A stretch of DNA of 64,000 bases from Myxococcota bacterium (GTDB lineage: Bacteria; Myxococcota_A; SURF-8), in the NCBI GenBank assembly GCA_963674735.2, contig CAXXQS010000001.1:512001-576000 (forward strand), written 5' to 3'. A model generated the notes under the pieces. The model made no database searches. It was not told the DNA's origin and worked only from the letters and a program-made list of their open reading frames with translations. Below, piece by piece: positions 19,863 to 29,181 of the stretch; positions within the stretch are counted from its first letter, which is position 1, and each line of letters opens with the position of its first letter. Made by a program: the position numbers and the translations under genes.

Positions 19863-20978
19863 CTAAGACCAAATTCCCCAAAGCGCAAGACCGAAACCAT
19901 TCTTACGATCCATCTCATTGTCGCTGATTGGCTTCATCCAGGCCTTGTTCAGAATCTTTTCGCAATCAGCTTCGTTTTCCATTTCGAGAAAGTAAATGCT
20001 TCCGGCAGGAACTAGCCGTCGAAGCGGCTTCTGACCGGTCTGCATATCCCAACCGGCTATGGGTGTCCATCTTGGAACAGCAGCGGATACAAGGCGAAGA
20101 GAAACGCCGACTACATCCCAGTGGACATATACTGATTTATCCTTGCCGGTAAAAACTTTAGGTAGGAAACCACCATTAAACAGGGCGGGGGTTACAAGTT
20201 GAAGCTTGATTTTTAACGACTCCCTCGCCTTGACTAAAAGCTCATCAGGAGAATCGCTTGGCCAGCTATCTGAATTCAGTTCTGTAAAACCCGCAAAGCC
20301 GCCTTCTCCTCCTATACGGTGAAAGATAGGTCCGGAAAACGCATTCAAGTCGGAGGCTGATACCGAAACCAGATACCCTCCTTCGAGTAGTTCATCTCCC
20401 CGCATTACTTGAGGATAAATGGATTCGCTCTGGAATAAGTGACTATCCTTGGCAGTATTGTTGTCGCCAATCGTGACATGCGTACGGTGTTCTGTTTCGG
20501 GTGAGTAGCCGTTTTCAAGAACATCCGACAAGGAAACTTGCTCACAGGCCAGCCACTTATATAGCTCCTTATCTCTCCAAAATAACGGAGGGTCACTCAT
20601 CGGCTTTCCGCCAGTCTGATTACTGCCTATTGGCAGTAACCCATCCGGCAAATTCATGCCTTCGCCATCTTTCAGCTCGAAGGGAGAAAGCCTCTTTATA
20701 GCAGTAGCCGGTAATATGGCATCAGCAGGTGCGGGAAAATAGTTGTGATCGCCGAGACGCAACACCGGGCCGTAAATCGACCAGTCCAGTACTCGTGCGA
20801 CTTCTACATCTGTGAACGAATAACCGAGCTGTTTTCCAAGCAAGGTTCTGATCGTACCGGTGGTAACGGAAGGATGAGGAAAAAGCTGAGTGCGCGCCGC
20901 GTCTCCAGTGTTGAAAGGTCGCGTATCCCTGAAAAGAAGTGGGCCGTTGGGTTGAATATGCAGGATAGCGTCCATCAT
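19863..20978 (-). CDS. cmr3: Type III-B Cmr3
   Basis: PLLFRDTRPF...IGGEG...LVTPALF...GWDM...PAGSIYF...NGFG. Confidence 0.92.
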   Translation of the reverse strand: MMDAILHIQPNGPLLFRDTRPFNTGDAARTQLFPHPSVTTGTIRTLLGKQLGYSFTDVEVARVLDWSIYGPVLRLGDHNYFPAPADAILPATAIKRLSPFELKDGEGMNLPDGLLPIGSNQTGGKPMSDPPLFWRDKELYKWLACEQVSLSDVLENGYSPETEHRTHVTIGDNNTAKDSHLFQSESIYPQVMRGDELLEGGYLVSVSASDLNAFSGPIFHRIGGEGGFAGFTELNSDSWPSDSPDELLVKARESLKIKLQLVTPALFNGGFLPKVFTGKDKSVYVHWDVVGVSLRLVSAAVPRWTPIAGWDMQTGQKPLRRLVPAGSIYFLEMENEADCEKILNKAWMKPISDNEMDRKNGFGLALWGIWS

Positions 20979-22696
20979 CAGTCTCCCTGCGCACTTTTTA
21001 TTGCTGCGTTTATTTGTGAAGCAATCTGTAAACTGCTGGATAGCTGATATAGATCCTCCACATTGTTTATCCGAGATAGAAACTTACGAGCCACCTCTTC
21101 TCGAAAATCTTTTTCAATGACTTTCATCTCCAGCAGCCTTACAACCTCCTTGTGTAACAAATCAGATGTCACCCATGGCAGTTGCTCGTGCTTGACCGGA
21201 TCCACGTATGTATGAGCAAGATTCTTAAACCCATAGAGGGTACGGTGAGAAATGAGACCCTTTCCGATCCATTCCAGTTGCTTTTTCATCTGCGCGGCGG
21301 GATCGTTCGTCCACGGGCATGTCCAGATCGTAGGTGCTCCGGAACGCTTGTAAAGAGCAACTGTTATTTTCCCTCTTTTGGCTGTTCGCTCGGCATCGTG
21401 GGCGAGCCGCAACATATCTCCAGCCATGGGCGTGAGGGCGTGCACAATGGCGATGCCAACCGACAATGTTGCTCCCGATAGATGCTTCTCGAATTCTGCT
21501 TGAAGTTGTTTCGCACAGTCAAAGGCGTAATCGAGGGGCAGGTAAGCGACCACATCATCACCACCGGCGTATATCAGACTACCCAGGCAATTGGTTTCAA
21601 CGATAGTTCTTGCTTCGGCGGCAAACCTTGACAGGGCGATTGAGAAATCACGATGCTCTTTCAGCGACATGTTCTGCGCTCGTGCAGTCATGTTGTCGCC
21701 ATCGCAGGCGAGAAAGGCAAGATAAGGAGAGGGCTCTTGCCCAAGCTTTATTAACTCACTTTTGATTTTATCGAAAACACCATCAACCGGAATTTCCTTG
21801 TTAATCGTATCAAGTCGCTGCTTCATCAAGAGTTCGCCATCGAATGGAAATGCCTCAAAACGCGGTTTAAGTTGATCCGAAACCTCGACAAGCGATTTCC
21901 ACTTCGAGAGCTTATCATCAAGGTTGCTTTTTATTATGCTGGCGATCTTTTCCCGTGTTTTTTTTCGCTTATCGTTGTCCCTGCTTCCTCTAACCCAAGG
22001 ATCGACGGCAATGCGCGAAACCGATGGGTAACGCGTCTGCTCTCCTGCTCCAAGGCGCTTCACGACACCGGGCATATCCAAGTGCTCCCCCGGTTTGATG
22101 CCCCGCCAAAGTCTGTTGTTGATGATTTTTTTGTTACCCTTTTCAAGCACTGTCTCCCGGCATCCATCGAGCGAAGACTTCTGAACCTTGGATGGACCGA
22201 ACCATTGCTCGAACTCACTGGTGGCTTCACGCGCATTCAAAAGGCGCTCCACTTTTGCACGAGCAACCGGGTAGGCGGCAATATCGCCGTTACCGTCGAA
22301 TCGAACCCATGCAGAAAAAAACTCAACGAGGTTTTCGTCTTCGAGTTGTTTCTTCCATGTTTCCTGTTTGATGCCGATTGAATCACCATGCTTCTGTAGG
22401 ATATTCCTTGCGAATTCACGCCAACAGGTAACGGCGACATTGCAGCCGATAGCAGAAGCATCGGCGGGGTCGACACCATCGTTGAGATGCAGTAATATTC
22501 TATCGGAAACCGGTGAGTCATCTTCGAAGCTGGCAGGCACAACGGGCTCAGCCCCTAAATCGATGATGGCTTTGGCCGCCTTGCGCGCCATTTGTGCCAC
22601 GAACCATGAACTGAAATGCAAATCGCGCGTACGCCTGGAGGCCTTGATAAAATCGAACACGGGACCCACAGAAAACATGAAAAGGTGACGGCTCAT
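20978..22696 (-). CDS. cas10: Type III-B Cas10/Cmr2, no HD domain, intact GGDD palm
   Basis: Begins directly at SVGPVFDFIKASRRTRDL; ACDGDNM and IYAGGDDV motifs; only 572 aa. Confidence 0.93.
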   Translation of the reverse strand: MSRHLFMFSVGPVFDFIKASRRTRDLHFSSWFVAQMARKAAKAIIDLGAEPVVPASFEDDSPVSDRILLHLNDGVDPADASAIGCNVAVTCWREFARNILQKHGDSIGIKQETWKKQLEDENLVEFFSAWVRFDGNGDIAAYPVARAKVERLLNAREATSEFEQWFGPSKVQKSSLDGCRETVLEKGNKKIINNRLWRGIKPGEHLDMPGVVKRLGAGEQTRYPSVSRIAVDPWVRGSRDNDKRKKTREKIASIIKSNLDDKLSKWKSLVEVSDQLKPRFEAFPFDGELLMKQRLDTINKEIPVDGVFDKIKSELIKLGQEPSPYLAFLACDGDNMTARAQNMSLKEHRDFSIALSRFAAEARTIVETNCLGSLIYAGGDDVVAYLPLDYAFDCAKQLQAEFEKHLSGATLSVGIAIVHALTPMAGDMLRLAHDAERTAKRGKITVALYKRSGAPTIWTCPWTNDPAAQMKKQLEWIGKGLISHRTLYGFKNLAHTYVDPVKHEQLPWVTSDLLHKEVVRLLEMKVIEKDFREEVARKFLSRINNVEDLYQLSSSLQIASQINAAIKSAQGD

Positions 22697-24114
22697 AACG
22701 ACACCTTCTTACCATCTGTTTTTGATTTGAAATAATGGCAGAATGCCTCGGAAGCGGTCAATGCCTTCTGTTCATTCATCAATATTATTTTTTCTGCGGA
22801 ATCGGCATTCTCCATTTCTCGCCTTTTCAATGTATAATCGTGTCGATCATCGAATTCAAGTTTGACCGATCCGGGAAGATTCCAAACATGCGAAACATTA
22901 AGATTCAAGACAATGGGCAAATATGTTTGTTTGCCACCGATTTTGATGCTCATTACTTTGATTATCAATCGTGAGGCATATCGGTCTGTACCTGCAAAAG
23001 TCAGCTTTGCATTTGCTAGTTCATCCGGTCTGCCGATAAAGCGAAATTGAATAGGCAAGCCGAAATCCGCCCTAGGAAAATAGATGCGACCTGGATGGCT
23101 CGGTGTATGTCTTCCCCAATTCACCGTTGAAAATCCTTGTCGAATTTCTCTCAGTGAATCAGGTTCTGGCCAGCGGCTTCTACCCAATTTAAACCTGTTA
23201 CGCGGGTCGCTTCCCTTGTTGCGACCAACTTCTTCCCCCTGCCTGAATTCTTGAAAGAGATTGATCGCCTTTTTCCAGGCATCCTTGGCGGAATTGCAGG
23301 ATGCGCCGACATACAGATGGCTTCCGCTCAGTCGGGGCCATGGGCTTGTTTCTGAGTTGTCCGGTTTTGTAAATGCTTCGGATAGCTGATCGCAATTTTC
23401 TACGGAAAGTGCATCAAGAATTCCAGGAGGTTCGATGGATTCGAGTTCCAAGCTCCCCAATCCTCGGCGCGTTCTCGACCCATATCCTCCAAATAGAATC
23501 CATGCCTTGAGTGCTTGCGAGATCTGCTCACTCAGCCCGCTCTCGTTCGGAAAGGAAATGATCAATTTAAATCGAGCATCCTTGCGCACAAATTTCGTAG
23601 CCAACTCGTTGCCTAAATTGTCAGCCTTTCCGCGTTCTTCATTGGGTTGCTGTAATGTCCATAATGCGTAGGCCGGCCCTTCTTCAAACCTTGCAAACGC
23701 CTTGGGCGGCCCGCCACTATAATTTTGCGGATGAACGCCCGACCTTACGTATTCTCCCTCGGAAAGTACTTCCGTTTGCACGATAACTTTCGACGGCTCT
23801 CCTTCATCGTCGCCACTCGCACCGCCGAAAAGCTCACGTTCACGCACCAACAGCGCCTTATCATCTTTTTGGGTCGCTCCTGCCGTGGCGCGCCACCAAA
23901 ACCGAAGATGGCCTTTAACGGTTGAAGAACGAATCTCCGCAATCTCGGGTGTTGATCCCGCTTCGAACCCGCCGCCGAATATCGGAGTGATGACCTTAAG
24001 GTTGGCCGCGATTTCATGGTGCTTCCCGGAATATCGCTGGTCCACGTCATTGGCAATTGCGCTAGGATCCAACTGTAGGCCGGGACCGTTGACCGGAGTT
24101 CGGAAAGGCGACAT
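22693..24114 (-). CDS. cmr1: Type III-B RAMP Cmr1
   Basis: ITPIFGGG...KGHLRFWWRA...GGYGSRTRRGLGS...FGLPI. Start placed at ATG 24114. Confidence 0.93.
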   Translation of the reverse strand: MSPFRTPVNGPGLQLDPSAIANDVDQRYSGKHHEIAANLKVITPIFGGGFEAGSTPEIAEIRSSTVKGHLRFWWRATAGATQKDDKALLVRERELFGGASGDDEGEPSKVIVQTEVLSEGEYVRSGVHPQNYSGGPPKAFARFEEGPAYALWTLQQPNEERGKADNLGNELATKFVRKDARFKLIISFPNESGLSEQISQALKAWILFGGYGSRTRRGLGSLELESIEPPGILDALSVENCDQLSEAFTKPDNSETSPWPRLSGSHLYVGASCNSAKDAWKKAINLFQEFRQGEEVGRNKGSDPRNRFKLGRSRWPEPDSLREIRQGFSTVNWGRHTPSHPGRIYFPRADFGLPIQFRFIGRPDELANAKLTFAGTDRYASRLIIKVMSIKIGGKQTYLPIVLNLNVSHVWNLPGSVKLEFDDRHDYTLKRREMENADSAEKIILMNEQKALTASEAFCHYFKSKTDGKKVSL

Positions 24115-24292
24115 AACTAACCCCAACGATAGGTTTTGGAAAGCTGGAATTGATTGACTTCTCAACTGTACATTCTATTTATCATATTCAAAATGGCGTT
24201 TGCAAGATTATTCTTATGCATTTTAATCCAATTGCTTTAGTCTGCAAAACAACAAACCACTAGAGTCACGCAACAAGTCACCTACCGGGCGA

Positions 24293-25825
24293 TTAAATAT
24301 CATCATTTTTCAATATCATTCCCGCTTCTCTCGGATCGAAATCTTCAGGAAAGATTGTAGCACGAATTTCAGATTCGGTGTTTGGGTATATGATTTCAGA
24401 GTTATAAATCGCACCCTTTAGTTGAGCAGACTTAAAGTGCACCACACCTGAAAGATTTGCACCCCTTAAGTCCGCTTTCTCCAGATACGAATTGGTGAGT
24501 TCCGCCCCTTCCATATTGGCGTCTGATAAATCAGCACCATTCAGTAGCGCTCTCTGTAATTTACAGCCTTTCATGATGGCTCCTTGCAGAATGGCATTCT
24601 CAAGTTGAGCCTCTTGTAGGTTCGCCCTATCCAAACAAGACCCGCTAAGATCAGTATTCATTAGTTTGGCATTTACCAGCTTCGCATCTTCGAGGTGTAT
24701 GCGCTCCAGTTTCGCACTTTGGAGGTCTTTTCCCGAGAGATCAACACCTTTGAAATGAGCATCACGAAAATCTACCTCTTTAAATACAGCTTCTTTTAAA
24801 TCTACATTTTCCAGGGTTGCCTTGTTAAAGAAAGCATTTTCTAAGTTAGCTCCTCTGAAATCTACGTTTTTAAACTTTGCCCCAATTAGTTCGGCTCTTT
24901 GCAAGTGTGTTTTTTGCAATTCTACGTTTTCTAAAACAGCATTTATAAAAAACGCCCTTTCCAAGTGGGCATCATTCATTGTTGACTCTCTCACGTTCGC
25001 ATTATTGAATGAAGCACTTTCTAAACGGGCACGGTCCAAATACGATTTGTGCAAACAAGCCGAATGAAAACTTGCTCCTCCAAGGTTGGAATCTCCAAAA
25101 TCAACGCTACTGAAACTTGAATTTGATAAGTTAGCATTTCGTAAATAAGTACCGCGCAAGTCAACAATTTGCTTGTTTCTATCAGCAAATTTTAAACTCT
25201 TATCTCCAAGAAGAGTCAAAGCCGCTTGCACCTCTGCTTTAGGCGGCATACTTGATTCTTCATCTATTAAGCCAGACAGTCCATTGATGGCATCTTGCCA
25301 AGGCACAGTCGCTCGGATAAATGCCGATAGATATTCAACGATTATCTTACTATCACCAGGTGAGTCTTTTGCTATTCGCTCAAATTGTAGGATAGCCCCG
25401 ATTTTAGTTATAGGCTCTTGGTCTCCCAATAGCTCAAACGTTTTTGCCAAACGTTCTATAATAAGTCTTTTCTTCTCTTGCTCTACAGTATGCTTGTGCT
25501 TTTCCGCTGCAAGATTTGCGTTCGTTTGGGCGATATCTATTTCTTCATCCTTGTGCTTCACCCTCCAGATCCAAGTCAGAATTAGAGAGGGTGAAGCGGC
25601 AATGCCCGAAATCAGCACCCAAGCTTTCGCGTCAATCAGAAAACAGTACAGTGAGTCAAAGTTGACAACGTAGCTATATACTATGCAAGGAGCAACAACG
25701 AGAATGGCTCCAGTCACAGCCATGCAGATGATCCAACATGTCCTAGATTGTCCATTTCGTGTTTTAGATTCTGAAGATTCTAGATTCTCTTGCATCGTAT
25801 TCTTATCCTTTAGAATATCACCCAA
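24293..25825 (-). CDS. Membrane-anchored pentapeptide-repeat protein
   Basis: Two N-terminal TM segments, helical LLGD...IGAILQFERIA...LSAFIR domain, ~230 aa of A(D/N)Lxx repeats. Confidence 0.85.
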   Translation of the reverse strand: MGDILKDKNTMQENLESSESKTRNGQSRTCWIICMAVTGAILVVAPCIVYSYVVNFDSLYCFLIDAKAWVLISGIAASPSLILTWIWRVKHKDEEIDIAQTNANLAAEKHKHTVEQEKKRLIIERLAKTFELLGDQEPITKIGAILQFERIAKDSPGDSKIIVEYLSAFIRATVPWQDAINGLSGLIDEESSMPPKAEVQAALTLLGDKSLKFADRNKQIVDLRGTYLRNANLSNSSFSSVDFGDSNLGGASFHSACLHKSYLDRARLESASFNNANVRESTMNDAHLERAFFINAVLENVELQKTHLQRAELIGAKFKNVDFRGANLENAFFNKATLENVDLKEAVFKEVDFRDAHFKGVDLSGKDLQSAKLERIHLEDAKLVNAKLMNTDLSGSCLDRANLQEAQLENAILQGAIMKGCKLQRALLNGADLSDANMEGAELTNSYLEKADLRGANLSGVVHFKSAQLKGAIYNSEIIYPNTESEIRATIFPEDFDPREAGMILKNDDI

Positions 25826-25867
25826 TCACATAGTCTGTTACATATGCTTGCTTGGTGCTGTCTTGTT

Positions 25868-26263
25868 ATTTCCATACCCAGTCTGACTGACCATAGCTAT
25901 GACTGCCGAATTTGTTGCTGTATAAGCAGTACTCCTTGGTTTCCATACCCAGTCTGACTGACCATAGCTATGACGATACTCCGCTTGGAGGTACCGACTA
26001 TTCGCGTTGGTTTCCATACCCAGTCTGACTGACCATAGCTATGACACTTCTACGGATAGAGGGTGCGACGGCACCATCGAAGTTTCCATACCCAGTCTGA
26101 CTGACCATAGCTATGACTTTGGTAGTAGTATTAATCGTCATCGGGCTTTAAGAGTTTCCATACCCAGTCTGACTGACCATAGCTATGACGTCTTTGCCGC
26201 TGTTCCTTCCTGGGATGGCGCTACCTGGTTTCCATACCCAGTCTGACTGACCATAGCTATGAC
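25868..26263 (-). CRISPR. CRISPR array 3: 6 repeats, 5 spacers; variant repeat GTCATAGCTATGGTCAGTCAGACTGGGTATGGAAAC
   Basis: All six repeats carry the same single substitution relative to arrays 1 and 2. Confidence 0.97.
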
Positions 26264-26630
26264 TCTGGCTTTGTAAAGACTGGGAACCGTTGGGCTTTCA
26301 GACCGGGTTTGACAAGTCACCCCTCAAAATCCACTCACTATAGCCGTCAGACCGGAAAAAATGGGGTGCAGCAAAACTTTGGCACAAGCTAATCTCTTGT
26401 TTTCAAAGAGCTTTTCCAATTTGACAAGTCTCCAGCATGAAAACGAGCCGCCAAAGATGCTTTATCTAGTGAAGATTATAGGAGATTATGCCTGTTGCAC
26501 GACTTTTGCAAGCGAAATATTCCGCAGACTTGTCAAATAATTATCGAACATTCAATAATGCTCAATGATATCAAGGGGTCGCACGACAGCTTAAAGTTAT
26601 TCCATATAAGATCTATTTCTGTTGCACCCC
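26264..26630 (-). promoter_or_regulatory. CRISPR leader copy 3 (367 bp), overlapping the EamA stop codon
   Basis: Near-identical to the other two leaders. Confidence 0.85.
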
Positions 26631-27539
26631 TAATTTGCTGAGCACCGCGCCAAGTATCAGCAGAGTGCATCCTGTAATCACGGGCCAGGTCAGAGTGACA
26701 TTCAGGTACCATCCCGTAAAAATGGTGGAGCTTGCCGGGAGTAAATAGCTTAGCGCTGCTAAAAGGATGTGGTTGCCTCTGCTCATCCCTCTTTGCCAGA
26801 ACATGTAACCGAGCAGTGTCGGTCCAATCGCGATATAGAGCGTTAGACAGATCGCTTCGATGTTCCATACCGGACACGGGCCGATTCCAAGCTGAACCAG
26901 GAACAACACGCCGCTTGTCAGGAGCATGAACAGCGGCAGACCTCCGAAAAGCCCGTAAACAGGCAGAGCTCTGACAAAATTGGAATACAAGGCCCAAGAA
27001 ATAGCGGCAACGAACATAAGGCCGAAAGCAAGCGGCGCTTGCAAAAAGCCACTAAGTATGCCGGTGCTGTCAACACCTTTCATGGTTGCAAGTGCCGATC
27101 CGGATATACCCAAAATGACCCCGGGCAGCAACAACCGCCATCGCGCCCGGTTGTGTTGGAGAGGAATGGAGAAGAGCAATAGGAGAGAAGGCCAGAGATA
27201 GTTGATCAAACCCAGCAAAACGTCCGTTTCGTGGGAGGGGGAGACGGAAAATGCAAGGTTGAGGAAGGCAAAATAGGTCAGAAAGCAAAGCCCGCCTTTA
27301 AGAAGGAACGATTTCGGGAGCAAAAACGGCTTGGAGAAGGAACGCGTGTAAAAAGCCTCGATTAAAAAGAGAACGATGCCGGATATGCAACACGGGATCG
27401 CTACCGATAAAAAGGGGCCGATTTTTCCAACAAGAGAAGAATTAATCGCTATCGTCGTGGACCAGAGCAGCAATCCGACCAGCCCCCACAAAGTGGCGCT
27501 GATAGAGGGCTTTTTTCCGATTCCCCATTGTTCGGTCAT
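26613..27539 (-). CDS. EamA/DMT-family transporter (YddG-like)
   Basis: About 10 TM helices; ATLWGLVGLLLWST, INYLWP and WALYS motifs. Confidence 0.85.
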   Translation of the reverse strand: MTEQWGIGKKPSISATLWGLVGLLLWSTTIAINSSLVGKIGPFLSVAIPCCISGIVLFLIEAFYTRSFSKPFLLPKSFLLKGGLCFLTYFAFLNLAFSVSPSHETDVLLGLINYLWPSLLLLFSIPLQHNRARWRLLLPGVILGISGSALATMKGVDSTGILSGFLQAPLAFGLMFVAAISWALYSNFVRALPVYGLFGGLPLFMLLTSGVLFLVQLGIGPCPVWNIEAICLTLYIAIGPTLLGYMFWQRGMSRGNHILLAALSYLLPASSTIFTGWYLNVTLTWPVITGCTLLILGAVLSKLGVQQK

Positions 27540-27798
27540 TGCATCCTGCTCAGAACCGTTTTCTCGGACATTGCATGTTTATCCTTCGGCGCAGCATGTT
27601 TCCGTACAAAAGAAAAATAGCCTTCGTTGTCGCTATTATGAGAGAACGTATACTGAATAGCCTGTCGGGATCATTCCGCCATTTGTAAACGATTCTGCCT
27701 ATTTCCTGCCCTGTGATCCTATTTGAGGGAACCTTTTTCGTCAAGCAATCTTCTTTTGGGCGGCTTTCCAACTTCCAAGCTAAAGAGCTTAATCGAGT

Positions 27799-28260
27799 CT
27801 ACAACAACCCATTCCCATCCACCTCCACTCCCGCTGCTCTCAATTCACGAATCAGGTTGATTTTCCACGCCCCTTCAGGCGTGTATTTGGCGAAGAGCAC
27901 GCCCCGATAATTTGATGGTATCTCAACATTTCCCTTGAATAGCGCCACCACCCGGTTTCGCCCGAGTTTGCCGATAAAGTAGCCAAGCTCAAAAAGCACG
28001 TTCTGGCGTGCCCTTGGGAACAGCTCGCCCTCCTGCCCTTTCAAGCAGGCCAGATCGTCAGGCGTCAGCAGGATCACGGCGAAATCGACATCGGCGTGTC
28101 GTTCAAACTTTTCGATGATCGTTTTCCCTTCGTTCGGAAGCTCCTGCAAGATAATCGGCGACAGCTTCATCTTTTCGAGAAAGCGGGCTACGGATTCCAA
28201 AATCTCGTTGTCTTTGCCGTGGGAAATGAAAACGCGGTGGTTTATTTGGGGTTGATTCAT
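27799..28260 (-). CDS. Stand-alone TIR-like domain protein (CAP12/Pycsar-type TIR)
   Basis: VFISHG...IIEKFE...FAVILLTPDD...RARQNVLFELGYFIG. Confidence 0.88.
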   Translation of the reverse strand: MNQPQINHRVFISHGKDNEILESVARFLEKMKLSPIILQELPNEGKTIIEKFERHADVDFAVILLTPDDLACLKGQEGELFPRARQNVLFELGYFIGKLGRNRVVALFKGNVEIPSNYRGVLFAKYTPEGAWKINLIRELRAAGVEVDGNGLL

Positions 28261-28296
28261 TGGCGATGATTGACGATCTCATTTTAGCAGGCGTTC

Positions 28297-29160
28297 TCAA
28301 TCCAGCAAGCCCCGCTTGCTTCCGCTCGGAAGGCTCCAGACTGGATCTGCGAAGAGATTGCCTTCGGCGACTTCCTTCATGGTCGCAAAGTAGAACATTT
28401 TTCGGAATCCCTGCCCCTTGGCGCAGGCGAGCAGGTTGTGCTTGTTTTCCTCGCCTTTTGTTGTAACCACCAGCACGCGGAAGCCTTTGAAGCGGCATTG
28501 GTAGCTTCGTTCGATACTTCGGATGATATGGTGGCCGCGAAAGACCTTCTGAAGCGCTTTGTATTTCGACATTTTGAAGCGAAACGAGCGGGTCACGGAC
28601 TGGGAAGCGAGTGGGTTGATGATCGCCGTGTGGTTCACGATCTCCACGAAGAACAGGTTAGCCTCTCCATCGAAGCGAACGACCTGCGTGTAATCGGGTT
28701 CGATAGCGACGATTTCCAGTCCGTTCGGTCCGTCCACCTGCACCTTGGCTCGGAAATAGCGTGGGCGGATGGGAACCACAACGCGAACACGGTCTTTCAG
28801 TTCTCCGGCGCTTCGCTCGAAATGGCTCATGAAGTCGGAGGTCGCTAGCGTGTGCCAGGGCGATTCGGTAAAGCCGCGAAAGACGGCGCTTCTAGGCGCG
28901 ATCTCGGCGACTTCGGGCAGGATCAGGCGCGCTTTTCGTTTTAGAAAATAGTAATACTGCTTTTGCCCGCGAGTAGTGGACGGAATCGGTTCGCGGTTGA
29001 GGATTCCTCTGCGAAACAGGTCAAGCAGATCTGCCTTTAATTGTGTTGCGTTCGTATAGGGTCTTTCGAAGCTCAGGGACGCGCGCAGGAGTTGCTCCGC
29101 CGTGAGTGGATAGCGGATCAACATGCGGATGATGTCGCGGTCGCGCGTTCCGATTTTCAT
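28297..29160 (-). CDS. Replication-relaxation (Replic_Relax)-like protein
   Basis: N-terminal wHTH RDRDII...LTAEQL; HTLATSDF; PD...FFVE nuclease-like motif. Confidence 0.6.
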   Translation of the reverse strand: MKIGTRDRDIIRMLIRYPLTAEQLLRASLSFERPYTNATQLKADLLDLFRRGILNREPIPSTTRGQKQYYYFLKRKARLILPEVAEIAPRSAVFRGFTESPWHTLATSDFMSHFERSAGELKDRVRVVVPIRPRYFRAKVQVDGPNGLEIVAIEPDYTQVVRFDGEANLFFVEIVNHTAIINPLASQSVTRSFRFKMSKYKALQKVFRGHHIIRSIERSYQCRFKGFRVLVVTTKGEENKHNLLACAKGQGFRKMFYFATMKEVAEGNLFADPVWSLPSGSKRGLLD

Positions 29161-29181
29161 AGGTTCGGATTATGTGCTATA

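Noticed and set aside
9010-26227. Self-targeting spacers within the window
   Set aside because: No match noticed by eye; not exhaustive, needs alignment
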